Assembly (NCBI RefSeq): GCF_964213995.1
Contig: NC_135801.1
Span: 134,168,001-134,232,000 of the forward strand
Length of the DNA: 64,000 nucleotides
Direction: 5' to 3'
Source: Mustelus asterias
Lineage: Eukaryota
Shown one piece after another: positions 51,744 through 64,000 of the stretch. Both the position numbers and the translations under genes were made by a program. The stretch's first letter is position 1. Every line of letters begins with the position of its first letter. The notes beneath the pieces were generated by a model. The model was not told the DNA's origin. It worked only from the letters and a program-made list of their open reading frames with translations, and ran no database searches.

Positions 51744-53429
51744 CTGCAGTACAAGACAAAAAGAAGTAGAAAGTGTTTCATACTGCTACATGGCATAGAC
51801 AGATGAACCTTGCATAAACAGGTTGGTTATTAATATTAATCTTTAAAAAAAGGATTCAGACAGAAAATATAGCAGTCCTGAAATCCTATTTCTCCCCAGT
51901 TAATTCTGTCTGTTTAATTCCTGTCAAAGTCCCATTCAGCAGTTCACAACAGGCTGCACTTTACATCAGCCTGCAGGCTTTCGATCAGAGACTGCCAATA
52001 GCAATGACTGTACTGAAGTGTGCGAATGCATCTGGCTTGTCACGAATAGACAGTGCAATGAGACACCAAGTTCCAAGAAATTTTTTACAGCAAGCTTTTG
52101 TTAAGTACCCAACATAGTTCAATGATTACACAAGTTTAAAGAAATTCCAAATATATATTTTTAATATCTATCCCCACGCAACATTTCGGAAAACTGCAAT
52201 TTACGAGCAAATTACTTGAATTGAATGATTTTATGTATTTTAGTTCATTCTCAAATCCTTCATTCTTGGCACACTATTTTAAACACTCTAATATTCAACT
52301 TTCCAATGGCCTTTAAACTTGTATTACAGATATCTAATTGACAAAATGACCAGGAAAACTTAGGTTGACATTAATCGTCTAAACAATATCTTTTCAATTA
52401 AAATTGTCACTTTTTTTTTCATTTAACAAGCAACACATCAATACAAATGCAGCATAAATGTTGAATGCCACTAAATATGAGCTTACTCCTCAGGGTGAGC
52501 CACAGAATGAAATTCTGGTAAACAAGTACCTCAGCAGGAGTCTACAACTTTTAAGCGTGATGCCAACTGATAAATGATCCAATACTTGCAAAGAGGGATC
52601 CTATAACCAGCATGGACACTGGGGACGCAGAAATCCTGTCAAATTTAATTGCAGAACCTCTATTATATTTTTTTTATTTGGTTTGCCACTTGGTAAACAG
52701 CCAAATTGACAGGCAGTCTGGCTGCAGGCAGGAAAACCAGTGACACAAAACCACAGATGGGGACCATGTGAACAGTCCCTGATAATCAGTAGGAAGAAAA
52801 AGTTAAAGATTGGGGCTGTGGGATCAGGAGTTTGGAGGAAGTTGGATACAATTGTGGGAGGGAGAGAAGCTAAAGGGGGGCTGGGGAAGGGTGTGGTCAT
52901 GGAGGAAGTTGCTTGCAAATATGACTTCTGTGGTTCAGGGGTGAGATGTGAGGAACATTCTACAATCAAAGCAGGAGAGAGAGAAATGGGCAGAAGTAAA
53001 CTAAAGGTATCTTTGAGGCACCAGAGAGAGCACTTCTACTTCTTTTGGCCCATAGGCAGTGACGTGAAAGAATGCTGCACTTAGCTTCTTGAACTGACAT
53101 ATCCTACCTCCCTTTCACTGCTAGGTTCCCAGAACCCTGAAAAACTCAGGCAGCACTCAAGTCAGGCTCCCAATTTACTATATTGGTAAAGTGCCCTCAC
53201 TCTCCAAGGGAGGACACTCACATGTTTCAAAAGCTGTGACTGTGTACAAAGCTCTGATTTACCCCCACTAACCACCAGTTGGAAGGGGTATGAGAATTAA
53301 CATTGAGACCTATATGTCCAATATCAGCATCCATGAACCTGGCTTGGTAAACAACTCAACAGCATATAAATTATTTCAAACGAGCACAGGCAATGAATAC
53401 CAAAGGAAATGGAACACAGAAACAAATTG

Positions 53430-54500
53430 AACGAATATCAGAATTGAGTATTAAATACAATCTCCTGTCCTAAATAAAGGTATGAACCAAGGAGCCAGAA
53501 GATACAAAGGGGTAGTACACAGGACACCGTGGGTCTGGTATTCACTACCAAGGAGTATATTTATACCTTGTATTACTGGGAAAATAAATATAGGAACAAG
53601 AAACCAATGGAGACACTTAACAGGTACAGTTTGATTGAAGAAAGGAATTACTGAGGATAATTTATGAAACTGCAATCCAATGCCAGGGGGAGGGGGAAAT
53701 GCGAACAAGAACAGCTAGAACTGTGTCACTGTGTAAGACACTGGTCAGATCTTACTTAGTGCATTATATGCAGCTCTGGTTAACAAATCCTAACCTTGAA
53801 GTTACAAAGGTAAGCTACAATAGAAGTTATATGGAAGCCCAAAAGAACTAAAGCAAATGTCTACGGCTGCTGAAAGTCTGAAATAATAAAAATACTGGGG
53901 AAGTTGGAAATCTGAAACAAAATCAGAACATGCTGGATGTGGGAGCAATTGTAGAGAAGAAGAGTAAATATTTCAGGTTTGTGGCCTTTCATCAGAACTG
54001 GAAAGGTTCAAAATGTTTTAAACAACTGAAAGGAGGGGGGAAAGGAAATTCTGGCTCACTTCTGCGCATTGCACTTAAGACAGATATAATAGCTTTGGAA
54101 GGTGGGACAGGACAGATTCACCAGGAAGACACAGGGGCTAAAAGGGTTGAATTATCAAGCCAAATATGAAATAGGTCTGTATTTTCTTGAGTTTTGAAAA
54201 GCAAGTGATTATCTAATTACAGTGCTTAAGTCGATAAAAATAAAGTTGTGAAGTCCAGAATAAGAGAGCATAATCTTAAAATTAGAGCTCGGCCATTGAG
54301 AAGCGATGTCAGGAAGCAATTCACATATGGAGTAGTGTTAACTTGAAGCTCTCTTCCCCAAAAAAGCTCTTGAAGCTAGGTCAATTGAAAAACTCAGCAT
54401 TGAGGTTGATAAGATTTTCATTGGGTTACAGTATTAAGGGATATGAAACCAACTGAGGTCTGAATGTCTGACTAAGTCTAAATGGCCTTCTCCTGTTCTT
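53430..54500 (+). mobile_element. Very old CR1 fragments with nested Penelope-like pseudo-LTR pieces (~53850-54040)
   Basis: Degenerate PQGVVHR, KTLVR and DIIALEG motifs; ctggaaatctgaaacaaaa repeats. Confidence 0.5.
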
Positions 54501-56034
54501 TGGCATCTTGTGTAGCTAATGTCTTGTACGACATTAAAAAAATACATGCTTTAAAATCATTTTCCATTCAGTTTTGTTCAGAATTTTTAAAAAAACATAT
54601 ATAATTTATAAGTCTTCAAATTACTTCAATTAGAAAGTTGCTTTATTTCTGGGTACGCAGATGAAGACATTCTTCAGGTAAAATACTAAGGAAGCCTATA
54701 AAAAGTAGCTTTTCTCTCACATGGATTATAGCTCCATAGCACACTTGAGACAAAAAGGATGCAGGTTTTCCACAGGACTGAACCCTGCACTGAGAATTTT
54801 AAAATCCGTTTTTCAGATAAATCCATGCAGTACTTTGATACAAGTTTGAGGTTACAACAAGCAGCAGCTTTGTAGGTGTCATCTAATGTTACACCCTTGA
54901 TATTGCTAAAGATGCAGTCACTGCTCTAACAGAATGACCTCTGATATTCCCAGAATGTTGTCTCCATGCCAAATTAATAAAACAATGCAAAATGCACTCC
55001 ACTAACCAGTCTGCAATTCACTGTTTGAAATAGGTTTACCAAAGTTCAAGGATGAGACAAACAGCTGTCTAGACTTGCGAAAAGGCTTTGTTCTGTCTAC
55101 AGTGCAACAAAGAGTGCATTTAGCACCCATGTACTGAAAGCGCCATTCAATCTGTGACATATGAAGAGGTGAACAAAGAAACTGCAATTTTTTTTGCAAA
55201 GTATCAGACAACCTTGGGGAGAAATGTAGTACTAAGCTTTAGAATAGCCCTGTTTTCACATCAGACAAGATGTGGTGGGTGCACAACTGTGAACTGAAGT
55301 TCATCCTGCCCAAAACAAAACCTAAAAATAGTGATATTCTACAAGAAATTTAAAATCACAGAAGCAAAGCAGTTTGATTTGCATAAGGTAAATCAAACAG
55401 TATTCAAAGAAGATTCAACTTCCATATTTCTTTTTGTGAAGATTTTTTCATGGGAACATGAAAGGCTGTTATAGCTGTATTATAACCCAAAAGCTTTGTG
55501 ACATCTTATCTCAAGTTGATGAAGCATAAATACCATGTGAGAAAATAATTTGAGCACCACAGTACATTTTTTCTACTTGGTATTGCAGGGTTTATTGGTA
55601 AGCTTCTCGAAGAGCCTTCTGGAGAACTTAGCAACCCTGTACACTGTAAACCTTTTCCCTGTGTCTATCTCACACAATAGGAAGGTTGCTAAAAGATAAG
55701 ACTCTCAAAGATCTGCAGCAGATTTGGTTCCCAAGCTGTGGAAAATCTTGAATGAAACAAATCAAATCAGTGGCCTAATGCTAAAGTACTCAATGTTGGA
55801 GAAGCTGACATCATTTTGGCCCTACAGTTTGGAATTTTAGAGAAACTTGGGAATGACAAAAAATAGAGTTATGGGACAGAGGAATAGCTCCGATACTAAA
55901 AATGGCAAAATACTACAAATGGCTGCAATGCTAACTTATGGATGTGAAGCTCAGAGCTTAGCACTTTTTGAAATAGGTAAAATGAGCCACTCTAATATTC
56001 CCCATTTTTTGAGTTTAAGGCTGGGCATTCACCA

Positions 56035-57330
56035 TTCTGAATGGAAGGCTGCGACTAGTGGTGTTCATGATGTGGAGATGCCGGCGTTGGACTGGGGTAA
56101 ACACAGTAAGAAGTTTAACAACACCAGGTTAAAGTCCAACAGGTTTATTTGGTAGCAAAAGCCACACAAGCTTTCGAGGCTCTGAGCCCCTTCTTCAGGT
56201 GAGTGGGAATTCTGTTCACAAACAGAACTTATAAGACACAGACTCAATTTACATGAATAATGGTTGGAATGCGAATACTTACAACTAATCCAGTCTTTAA
56301 GAAACAAAACAACTAGTGGTGTTCCACAGGGATCAGTTCTGGGACCTTTGTTGTTTGTAGTATATATAAATGATTTGGAGGAAAATGTAGCTGGTCTGAT
56401 TAGTAAGTTTGCAGACAACACAAAAATTGGTGGAGTTGCGGATAGTGAAGAGGATTGTCAGAGGATACAACAAGATACAGACCAGTTGGCGACTTGGGCA
56501 GAGAAATGGCAGATGGAGTTTAATCCGGACAAGTGTGAGATAATGCATTTTGGAAAGTCCAATACATCTAGGAATTATACAGTAAATGGCAGAACCCTTA
56601 GGGGTATTGACAGGCACAGCGATCTGGGCGAACATGTCCACCAATCATTGAAAGTGGCAACACAGATGGATAAGGTAGTCAAGAAAGCATACGGCATGCT
56701 TGCCTTCATCAGTCAGGGCATTGAGTATAAAAATTGGCAGGTCATGATGCAGCTGTACGGAATCTTAGTTGGGCCTCATTTAGAATATTGTGTACAATTC
56801 TGGTTGCCACACTACCAGAAGGATGTAGATGCTTTGGAGAGGGTACAGAAGAGGTTTACCAGGATGTTGCCTGGTCTGTAGGGTATTAGCTATGAGGAGA
56901 GATTGGATAAACTTGGTTTGTTCTCACTGGAATGACAGAGGTTGAGGGGTGACCTGATAAATGTCTACAAGATTATGAGTGGCATGGACAGAGTGGATAG
57001 TCAGATGCTCTTTCCTAGGGTAGAAAAGTCAGGTACTAGGGGACATAGGTTTAAGGTGCATGGGGAAAAGTTTAGAGGAGATGTGTGAGGCAAGTTTTTT
57101 TTTTACACAGAGGATGGTGAACGTCTGGAACGCGCTGCCTGGGGAGGTGGTGGGAGCAGGTATGATAGTGGCATTTAAGGGGCAACTAGACGAATATATG
57201 AATAGGATGGGAATGGAAGGATATGGACTCTAAGTGCATACCGTTTTAGTTTAGGCAGGCATCATGATCGGCTCAGGCTTGGAGGGCCACAGGGCCTGTT
57301 CCTGTGCTGTACTTTTCTTTGTTCTATGTG
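56035..57330 (+). mobile_element. CR1 LINE, 5'-truncated, interrupted by a Penelope-like insertion
   Basis: SEWKAATSGV | TSGVPQGSVLGP..KFADNTK..HLEYCVQFW. Confidence 0.92.
56067..56311 (-). mobile_element. Penelope-like pseudo-LTR insertion
   Basis: TSD ACTAGTGGTGTTC at 56054-56066 and 56312-56324; core CTGAAGAAGGGGCTCAGAGCCTCGAAAGCTTGTG. Confidence 0.85.
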
Positions 57331-57769
57331 TTAAGATTTTCTATTTATATGAAACAAAGTGAAGACAGCCAAACTCTCACACTGTTGGGCTTACTGATGG
57401 CCCTATATGAGTGGCCAGTCTGAGGTGCATCATTGGAAAATGATGGTCAAGTCACACCATCGTTATATATGATCCATAATGTAACAGTAATGATCTATAA
57501 TGTAGCAGTAATTTGAGTTTAAAGACCAACAGACCTTGCAAATCAATATTTTAAAATTTACTGTTCAGTAACTTTGAGTGGCCAACTAAATTTGGGGGAA
57601 AAGTGGATTTCAGTCTTCTTGCCATGTAAGAGAAGGCCTTATCAAAATGAAAGGGGGCTTTAACTGAAAATTCTGAAGTTCTAGCCATAGATTTGAAACA
57701 TTGGGTGGAATTTTATCAACTTAATCCCTGTCGCATGGTGGGACCGTGTGCAAGTCAGGATACGAATTG

Positions 57770-58877
57770 TCCGCTGTGACTGGATCCTAGACTTCCTAAC
57801 CCACAGGCAGCAATTAATAAGGATAGGCAACAACACCTCCTTTACAATTATCCTCAACACCGGTGCCCCACAAGGCTGTGTTCTCAGCCCCTTACTATAC
57901 TCCTTATACACCTGTGGCTGTGTAGCCAAATTCCCTTTCAACTCGATTTTAAAGTTTACTGATGTCACCAACGTAGTGGGTCGGATCTCAAACAATGATG
58001 AGATGGAGTACAGGAAAGAGATAGAGAATCTGGTGCGACAACAATAATCTCTCCCTCAATGTCAGTAAAATGAAGGAGATAGTCATCAACTTCAGGAAAC
58101 GTAGTGGAGGACATGCCTCTGTCTACATCAACGGGGATGAAGAGGAAAAGCTCGAGAACTTCAAGTTTCTAGGTGTCCAGCTCACCAACAACCTGTCCTT
58201 GTCCCTCCAAGCCGATGCTATAGTTAAGAAAGCCCACCAATGCTCTACTTTCTCAGGAGGCGAAGGAAATTTAACATGTTTGTTATGACTCTCACCAACT
58301 TTTACAAATGCACCATAGAAAGCATTCTTTCTGCCTTATCACAGCTCCTGCTCGGTCCAAGACTGCAAGAAACTACAAAGGGTCATGAACGAAGCCCAGA
58401 CCATCACTCAATCCAGCCTCTCATCCATTGACTTTGTCTGCACTTCCCATTGCCTCGGAAAAGCAGCCAGCATAATCAAGGACCCCACACACCCCAGACA
58501 TTTCCCAACAAAGAGGCACTTATTCAGGATCAGCAACTTTCTGATCTCCACAGGCAAAATTTAGAGATCCATAGAAGGTCAAGAATGTCTGACCAAGAAC
58601 TTGAGGCATTGGAAAAAACAGAAAATGAGCCACTTCTGGCAGGAAAAAGATACAAACCAACTCAAGAACAGTTTCTTCTCTGCTGACATCAGACTTCTGA
58701 ATGGATTTATCTTAGATTAAGTTGATCTTTCTCTACACCTCAGCTATGACTGTAACACTACATACTGCACCCTCTCCTTTCTTTCACTATGTACGGTATG
58801 CTTTGGCTGTATGGCGCACAAGAAACAATACTTTTCACTGTATACTAATACATGTGACAATAATAAATCAAGTCAAA
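57770..58877 (+). mobile_element. Rex1/Babar-like LINE, 5'-truncated
   Basis: [43 protein letters not shown]; shared 3' UTR with 4325-4803. Confidence 0.88.
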
Positions 58878-59509
58878 AAGAAATGGATTCACTGAGCCAC
58901 AGCATTGGCATTCTACCTTGGGCTGCCCGATCAACTAAGGAGGGCAATGAGATAACATCCTACTCTGTCAAAAGGAGGATTTTAAATTGAAAAGACTAAG
59001 ACATAGGTTACAAGGACTCACGTGCTCTTTGATTTTTAAAGTTGCAACAACTACAGGAAGGGAGAGGGGATCCAGGCTGCTCCCTGGGTATCTCACTCTT
59101 ATCTGGAAGATCCACTATGAGCCAGGCTGCAGTGAGGGGGTGAAATGAGGCGAATGCTTCCAAGGACCCGAGCAAGCAGACAACCTCACAACCTGAAGAC
59201 TGCACCAGAAGGATCCATAAATTTCGGTGTGTGGCAAAAGACTTTCAGCTGCCAAACCCACACCCTGACTTTCCCACCATTCTCCTGCACAGCACCTCTC
59301 AGGACAACATACTTAAACTTTAAACCTTGCAGCTGCATTCATTCATCTCCATGTAGGCAATTCACATCCCCATCTGAGCAATCAACACTTACACTCGCCC
59401 TGTTGCTTTCTCGCACCCGTGCCTCACAATCACTCTCCAGAAAGGTGGCACTCTCCTCTCCACACAAGGCACTATGAATACATACACACCTCTCCTCTCT
59501 CTCCTTGCA

Positions 59510-59715
59510 ACACAACTGGAAAGAGGAAAGACCTGGAGATCATCATTCTATGATGATCTCTTCTGGAGGGAAAAGTGGAGGGCAGCAGAAAGAGAGGTCG
59601 ACCTAGGCTTAGCTGGATGACGGATGTCAGTGTGGTTGCAGACGAGTTCCAGTGGATGTGAGAGAATGATGCGAAACAGATGAGTGGCATACCATAACAG
59701 CAGGAGTAGCTATAA
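59510..59715 (+). mobile_element. RTE-clade LINE C-terminal remnant
   Basis: LLEGKVEGSRKRGRPRLSWMTDV from 59560. Confidence 0.7.
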
Positions 59716-60007
59716 GCGGCAACAGCAATTATTTACCTAACAGATCCGAGGGGGTTCCCAGCTTGCTTTCAATTCTGCTCCAGTGAAACCCAGAAGAGGG
59801 TAGGTGATGTTGAAACCCCGACCTGACCTCAGTACAGGGGTTTAACTCCCCACCTATAACCAAACCAGCTTCCAACTGATAGTTCAAAGTCTGCCTGTTT
59901 ATATTTCAGGGTTTCAATTAACCTCATCACATTATCAAAATAGATACATATCCAACACAAGGCTGGCAGTTGTCATCCAATTCTTACCCATGGACCAGAT
60001 TTTCTGA

Positions 60008-60875
60008 ATAAGAAGCCTCACAACACCAGGTTAAAGTCCAACAGGTTTATTTGGTAGCAAAAGCCACTAGCTTTTGGAGCGCTTGCTGCTCCTTCGTCAG
60101 GTGAATGGGACTTCAGTTCACAAACAGGGCATATAAAGACACAAACTCAATTTACAAAATAATGGTTGGAATGCGAGTCTTTACAGGTAATCAAGTCTTA
60201 AAGGTACAGACAACGTGAGTGGAGAGAGAGTTAAGCACATGTTAAAGAGATGTGTATTGTCTCCAGCTGGGACAGTTAGTGAGCCTTTGCAAGCCCAGAC
60301 AAGTCGTGAGGGTTACAGATAGTGTGACATGAACCCAAGATCCTGGTTGAGGCTGTCCTCATGTGTGCGGAACTTGGCTATCAGTCTCTGCTCAGCGACT
60401 CTGCACTGTCGTGTGTCGTGAAGGCCGCCTTGGAGAATGCTTACCCGAAGATCAGAGGCCGAATGCCCGTGACCCCATCAGCACACATGAGGACGGCCTC
60501 AACCGGGATCTTGGGTTCATGTCACACTATCTGTAACCCCCACGACTTGCCTGGGCTTGCAAAATCTCACTAACTGTCCCAGCTGGAGACAATACACATC
60601 TCTTTAACCTGTGTTTAACTCTCTCTCCACTCACGTTGTCTGTACCTTTAAGACTTGATTACCTGTAAAGACTCGCATTCCAACCGATATTTTATAAATT
60701 GAGTTTGTGTCTTTATATGCCCTGTTTGTGAACTGAAATCCCACTCACCTGACGAAGGAGCAGCGCTCCGAAAGCTTGTGGCTTTTGCTACCAAATAAAC
60801 CTGTTGGACTTTAAGCTGGTGTTGTGAGGCTTCTTACTGTGTTTACCTCAGTCCAACGCCGGCATCTCCACATCA
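60008..60875. mobile_element. Penelope-like element as a large inverted repeat (GIY-YIG C-terminus + two opposed pseudo-LTRs)
   Basis: Arms ~60009-60368 and ~60481-60837. Minus strand GHSASDLRVSILQGGLHDTRQCRVAEQRLIAKFRTHEDSLNQDLGF. TSD AGATTTTCTGA at 59997-60007 and 60876-60886. Confidence 0.9.
60746..60780 (+). ncRNA. Minimal/atypical type I hammerhead ribozyme-like motif in a Penelope pseudo-LTR
   Basis: CAC-CTGACGA-A-GGAGC(AGC)GCTCC-GAAA-GCTT-GTG: core boxes, 5-bp stem II, palindromic AAGCTT in place of stem III, and CAC/GTG stem I. Confidence 0.6.
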
Positions 60876-60991
60876 AGATTTTCTGACCCAGCTTCAGAGA
60901 ATGCACCTATCATCTAATTGAACGTAACTTATTCAAGGCAGTTAGAAGATGGTGTTTTTTAATGAATCCAATGAGGAGCTTTTTTGCTTAA

Positions 60992-61155
60992 GCTGTGCAG
61001 GTTAGATTCTTTGGCCATGCTCAATTGCCCCTTAGTGTCAGGGAGATTAACAGGGTAAATACACGAGGTTACGGGGAAAGGGCCTGGGTGGGATTGTTGT
61101 CAGTGCAGGCTCGATGGGCTGAATAGTCTCTTTCTGCACTGTAGGGATTCTATGA
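60992..61155 (+). mobile_element. HE1-like SINE 3' half
   Basis: Matches 3750-3912. Confidence 0.75.
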
Positions 61156-61159
61156 TAGT

Positions 61160-61430
61160 GTTATGTGCCATTTGCCATCTTGTTGCCCACTCATTTAACC
61201 AGTCTACATCTCTTTGCAGCCTCTCTGTATTCTCGCCACAGCTTACCTTTGCATCTAGCTTGGTATGATCAGCAAACTTAGATACTTTATTCTCTGTCTC
61301 ATCATCTATGTCATGAATACAAACTGTAAACAGTTGAGGCCCCAGTACCAATCCTTGTGACACTCTACTATTCACTGCCAGCCAATTTGAAAAAGCCCTG
61401 TTGATGCCCACCCATACTCTGCTTTCCATC
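61160..61430 (-). mobile_element. CR1 RT fragment
   Basis: SRVSQGLVLGPQLF..SKFADHTK. Confidence 0.8.
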
Positions 61431-63234
61431 CGTTAATTCACAGCAATTAACAGGAACTCCTACTGCTTAGAGGAATTAGTCATTTAGAATATTTACTATT
61501 TCGTACTCATCCTCAGTTTTCAGCCATATTTTATGGTTTTCACCTCAGCTTCGACTGCCCTTTTACTGTTGTGGTATTGAATTTTTTTAAATTATGGTTG
61601 TATTTAGCCTATGTTTTTTCCCATTGTCTACCATTATCTACATACTCCTTTTAATGTGTTTCTGCAATTTTCTTGTCCTAATCCCAGGGAACTGCTCCTC
61701 TTGTGTCAAACTCATAATTCATCACCTCAAATTACTTTCACCACTGGTAACGGACCTATAATTAATAATACTTCACCCCACAGCAGTTATACAGCTCAAT
61801 TACTCTTGCCAGACAACACAAATTAGTACAAAATCTATAACTGTTCTGCTGGGTATCCAAGATAGTCATATTCAAGAGTCAGGGGCATGATCAGTTTTGG
61901 AGCCAGAGAGTTTGAAGAATATTTAAAAAAAACAAGGAGTTGGACATTGTGTAGTTGTGTGTGCAAGTCATATCTAAAATTCAATAGTCATTTAAGCCAT
62001 GCAATTTGCATTCTTCGTCATTGTCTCCAAAATCAAACATAGAAACTGAATGAAAAAATGGAAATAGGGAGGAAAAAATGTTGTACTTCTGAACATAGTA
62101 TCAGCTCTTGACAAGTGAAAAATCATTTTTGACAGGTTAAAGGAAACAGAATTCTTCCTCTCACCCTAAACTATTTTTGTCTTAAGTTGCCATTAACTCC
62201 ACTGCAGGAAATTTTTTTAAATTCTCATAATTATACAATAACATGATGCAGCTGTGTTTATTGATGGTGTAGGCATTATAACAATGTAAGGAAAACATTC
62301 ACCTTGTTACTCAAAAATGTCTGCAGGTGGAGACTGATGAAGGTGATAGAAAAGTCTTGTGAAGAAGGAAAGTATCAAGGAGGAATTTTAATATGTCACT
62401 TGTTTACTGAATACTGTTTATTTGTCCCTTTGATCCTATAGCACTATACCCTCGATTTCAAGACACGCATACATACATACTGAAGTTGCACTTCCATTAA
62501 CCAAGACGTTCGATGGAATGTAAAGGAAGTTGCATAAATCCTCCTTCATCAATTTTTAAAAATACTGTATGTAGTTTGCACTCAACTATACCATCTTTAG
62601 CAGCCACCAAGTTCTATTTAATATGCCTTAGCCAAGTACACTGCATCTCAACTTCAGTCAAACGTGGAATCAATCCCACTGAGAGTCTATTTTGTAATTC
62701 TACTTTCATTCAGCAAGAAATACCTTTGGATGACATCACATTAACCTATCATCCCATTTTGTAAATAACATACTGCCTCATTTTGTTAGAAAAGTCCAAC
62801 TACAATTGTTCTGTTGTGTGTTTGGGATTGTCACTGCCTTACTTGTAGTACCATATGTGGATCTCAAACAAGCAATTCAGTTTTACCAGCCAATTGTAAT
62901 CACAATAAAAATCATCACCACCAATTGTTAGAAAATAAGTAAAGGCCCAATATGATAGTAACAATAGAAACATGCTTAGAAGTTAATAGAATTAATTTAA
63001 TGACCAAATAAACCAAATGACAATGCTTGACATGCACAAAGCTAACCAGAAAATAAACTACTGCAGATACTGGGAATCTAAAATAAAAATGGAAATTCTC
63101 AGCAGCATCTCAGCAGGCAAACAGAGTTAACACTTCATGACCTTTCATTAAATGGGATCATTTTTACACTGGACTCAATATACTCGGTACTTTTTCCACC
63201 CATGTATCTGCTTCTGCGCTTTTTAAAATAAATA

Positions 63235-64000
63235 GTTAATTCACAGGATGTTGGCATAGGAAGTATTTATTAACCATCCCTAATTACACTTAAAGGAATG
63301 GTCATGTGCTGTCTTCTTGAATCACAGCAGTCCCATGTGGTGAAGGTACACTCATAGTGCTGTTAGGAAAGAGTTCCAGGATTCTTACTCAGGAATGATG
63401 ATGGAAAGGAAATATATGTCCAAATGAGGATAGTGTGTGACTTGGAAGGAAATTTGAAGGTGGCAGTCTTCCCATGAATCTGCTGACTTCCCCTTCCTAG
63501 GAAATGTTATCAACGCAGCCTTAATGAGTTACTGCAAGGCATCTTGTAGAAGGTACGCACCATCCAAATTGTGTCAGTCATGGAGGGACTGAATGTTTAT
63601 GGTGCTGGATGAGGTGCCAATCAAGTGGAATGCTTTAACATGAATGGTGTCAAGCTTCTTGAGTGTTAGTGGAGCTGCGCTAATTCAGGAAAGTGCAGAG
63701 CATTCCAACACACTCCTGATTTATGCCTCGAGGCTGATGAAAAAGATTTGGGAAGTCAAAAGGCCATTTTCTGACCTGCTCTTTTTAGCCATAATATTTA
63801 TGTGGCTGTTTCAGTTATATTTTGGTCAATTGTGACCTCCTCCCATCCACCAAATATCGTAAGAGATGAGGTGATTGTAATACTGCTGAAGAAGTGGATT
63901 GCCTGGTAGTTTTGCGGCACAAATGTTATTTGACACTTATGAACACAAGCCTCAATGTTGACCAAGTCTTGCTGAACGCGGGCAGGGACTGTTTCAGTAT
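63235..64000 (-). mobile_element. Old CR1/L2-group LINE 3' fragment
   Basis: Reverse-complement similarity to 28280-29000. Confidence 0.65.

Noticed and set aside
51395-51796. 133-aa ORF as a complete gene
   Set aside because: It is NDUFS4 exon 2 read through into both introns.
57469-57512. Short tandem duplications (also ~18826-18845 and ~30135-30178) as an array/CRISPR-like structure
   Set aside because: Two-unit slippage duplications without spacers, in a vertebrate intron.
62300-62370. NDUFS4 exon 1 candidate (AG|gtgaat donor on minus strand)
   Set aside because: Stop in the required phase, no MAA-type targeting peptide and no CpG island; exon 1 is presumably beyond the window.

Overview
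This is eukaryotic DNA, almost certainly from a cartilaginous fish (shark-like repeat repertoire: HE1/V-SINEs, abundant CR1 LINEs, Penelope-like elements, Rex1-like, L2, RTE, L1 and Harbinger remnants). The only recognisable host coding sequence is the 79-nt exon 2 of NDUFS4 on the minus strand (51665-51743). Everything else is inferred to be NDUFS4 intron 1 (right) and a >51 kb intron 2 (left). Most long ORFs are CR1 ORF1/ORF2 pieces, including a 12-kb nested CR1 pile (38.9-50.9 kb). The most unusual object is at 25.8-26.45 kb: two diverged copies of a ~330-nt polyadenylated retroposed RNA built from spliceosomal snRNA modules (U2 5' end, U4 kink-turn hairpin, Sm site, second U2 stem-loop I, U2-like modules, U2-type Sm site). 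One copy is inserted antisense into the U2 head of the other, and the outer copy is bounded by a 13-bp TSD. Penelope-like pseudo-LTRs with hammerhead-like cores, 11-13 bp TSDs and large fold-back structures are also present. All family assignments come from recalled motifs, not database searches, and boundaries of old repeats are approximate.
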